64,000 nucleotides of DNA from Saccostrea echinata (taxonomy: Eukaryota), in NCBI RefSeq assembly GCF_033153115.1, contig NW_026889805.1:13702001-13766000 (forward strand). Direction: 5' to 3'. Of this stretch, positions 62,226 through 64,000 are shown piece by piece. The position numbers and the translations under genes were made by a program. The notes below the pieces were generated by a model. The model did no database searches. It was given only the letters and a program-made list of their open reading frames with translations, and was not told the origin of the DNA. Each line of letters begins with the position of its first letter. Position 1 is the stretch's first letter.

Positions 62226-62312
62226 ACACGTAGCAGCATGACGCAAAATAGAATATAAAAATATAGTCGGAGTATATTTTTATATTCTATTTTGCGTCAT
62301 GCTGCTACGTGT
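62226..62312. repeat. Perfect 40-bp inverted repeat with 7-nt loop
   Basis: ACACGTAGCAGCATGACGCAAAATAGAATATAAAAATATA-GTCGGAG-exact reverse complement. Confidence 0.95.
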
Positions 62313-63124
62313 ACATAAATATACGGGTTTGAAGGATTTAGAGAAATCTTCGTAAGTCCTGTATTTTCCGAATTGTTTGATACATTTATATAACTGCTTT
62401 GTTTGCAATGTCATGGGAATTTTGTTGGCTTATACGTGTATATAAATAATACAATACATTACCTTTCCACAATACATGCAGTACATGTAATTTTTTAGAC
62501 CATTACCTTATACTGTGGCGAAAATGCCTTTTAAATTAATCACAAAATAGCAAAGTCTTAATTTTTTAATATTTTTTTTCTTTGATTACTGCTTTATGAA
62601 TGAATGCAAAAGCAAAAATTCCAACTATGTTTTAAAGATGCAAAATAAGAAATGTCAATACTTTATAGTTTGATTGATTGTTACAAAAATACAGAGTACC
62701 AGGTGAATTTAAAAAAAATGAGTTCACGAATTTTGAAGGTAAATCGATAGATGGCCCGATACAGAGAGTATCAGACTTGTACTCGAGTAGTCGGTGCATT
62801 CTAATCATACTAACCTAAGTTTATACTGGAATAGTTGTCATATAAATACCACTATTTACAACATGACAATACATCTTTTCGTACAAATTCTTTGAAAGAC
62901 ACATTTATTATTTGGTATATTTATTGTTTGATTCCTTATTTGTCCTATTGATGGCATTATTTCCGCCTAGTACGCCATTCCTCGTATGCATAAGGCCATC
63001 ATGCTTCATGATAGACAAGATATTGTGTTATTTTTAGTTAAACTCCCCCCCCCCCCCCTTGAAACACAATATAATCAAACGTGGTTTTTTTTTTCATCAT
63101 TAAAATGTTCTATCCTTCTATAGC

Positions 63125-63360
63125 CAGTTAAGACGCATAAGGCCGGTGCTTATACCCGGTTTCCGGATGGGAATCATCGACTACATTTGAATGGGACACC
63201 ATTCCATGCAGGTTAACTTCCAGCATAAGCCGGTACCCACTTTCAGCTTGGTTGACTATGACAATGCAGATAAAGTGCCTTGTCTAAGAACACATCACAC
63301 AACATCGTAGGCCACAGCAGGATTTGAACAGGCAACCTTTCGTTTACTGACCATGCCCGC
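63125..63360 (-). mobile_element. Decayed CORE-type SINE
   Basis: AAGTGCCTTGTCTAAGAACACA core-like segment, and GGATTTGAAC as a reversed B-box remnant. Confidence 0.45.
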
Positions 63361-63825
63361 TGATATGTGCTTTAAAATCATACTGTTTATGGTCTCTAGT
63401 ACGACCCTTCAAGATCTATGAGAACATTTAATATCCAAAAATTATTTGAATTTGGCTTGTGAAAACATCAATAACTTTGGCTCCTTGGTATCACAGTGAT
63501 GTGTGAAGAAAGAAAGTTTGGCTCTCCGATTCGCCTATATATATAAAAAAAATCCACTATTTTTAAAATTATTTTCCAATACAACTTACTTCAATAATGC
63601 TTGAAACCAAACATAAAATTCTTTTGAGAACTATTTATAAATAACGCATTTTTAGGATAATAATACAATGATAAAAAATTATACAATAACGCATCTTTAA
63701 GATAACAATACTTAAGCTAATGATTGGAGAACTTTAAGTTTATTAACTTTTGTTCATATTTTTTTACCATATATAAAAGCAAGAAGAGGATTATTCCCAT
63801 AGTCACAGATGTTAATTACCATAAT

Positions 63826-64000
63826 ACAGTCCCTGAAACGTTCTACTTTCCCTTTTGAACGGTGAACGAACGCAGAGCGAACGGTGAGTGAACGATGTTG
63901 TGAATGCTGAACGCAACTTGGTGAACGATGTGTGAACGGTGAGCGAACGCAAAACGCGAACGGAGCGCCAACGCGAGCGCAAAGTCAACGGTGAACAAAA
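63826..64000. repeat. GAACG-rich subterminal repeat array, probably the end of a DNA transposon cut by the window
   Basis: Many (T/C)GAACG motifs in about 150 bp. Confidence 0.5.

Overview
AT-rich, intron-containing animal DNA. The repeat families and gene content point to a bivalve, most likely an oyster (inference). Two gene clusters were reconstructed by hand from GT-AG sites and frame continuity. (1) Four HSPA12-type atypical Hsp70 paralogues: one cut by the window start (-), two complete on - (582 aa each) and one on + (578 aa); the three complete genes share one four-coding-exon layout. (2) Three six-exon secreted two-FAS1-domain (fasciclin/TGFBI-like) genes arranged +/-/+ (289, 303 and 304 aa). 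Between HSPA12 genes 3 and 4 lies a 16.6-kb non-coding TIR element (190-bp TIRs, TA duplication) with a second copy of the same family inserted inside it. Each copy carries its own smaller insertions, so the other copy shows the empty site. Splice signals and motifs shared between paralogues suggest this nest sits in a 5'-UTR intron of gene 3, and that genes 3 and 4 share a compact bidirectional promoter with IRF/ISRE-like motifs. Intron 3 of gene 4 is a 6.8-kb stack of fold-back elements. Also present: Helentron-type non-autonomous repeats, mariner/hAT/Zator-like MITEs, tRNA-derived SINEs, LINE fragments, Penelope-like remnants with a SECIS-like hairpin, a perfect 40-bp hairpin and a 128-N gap. 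No rRNA, genuine tRNA or CRISPR array was seen. All alignments were done by eye, and repeat superfamily calls rest on terminus/TSD rules.
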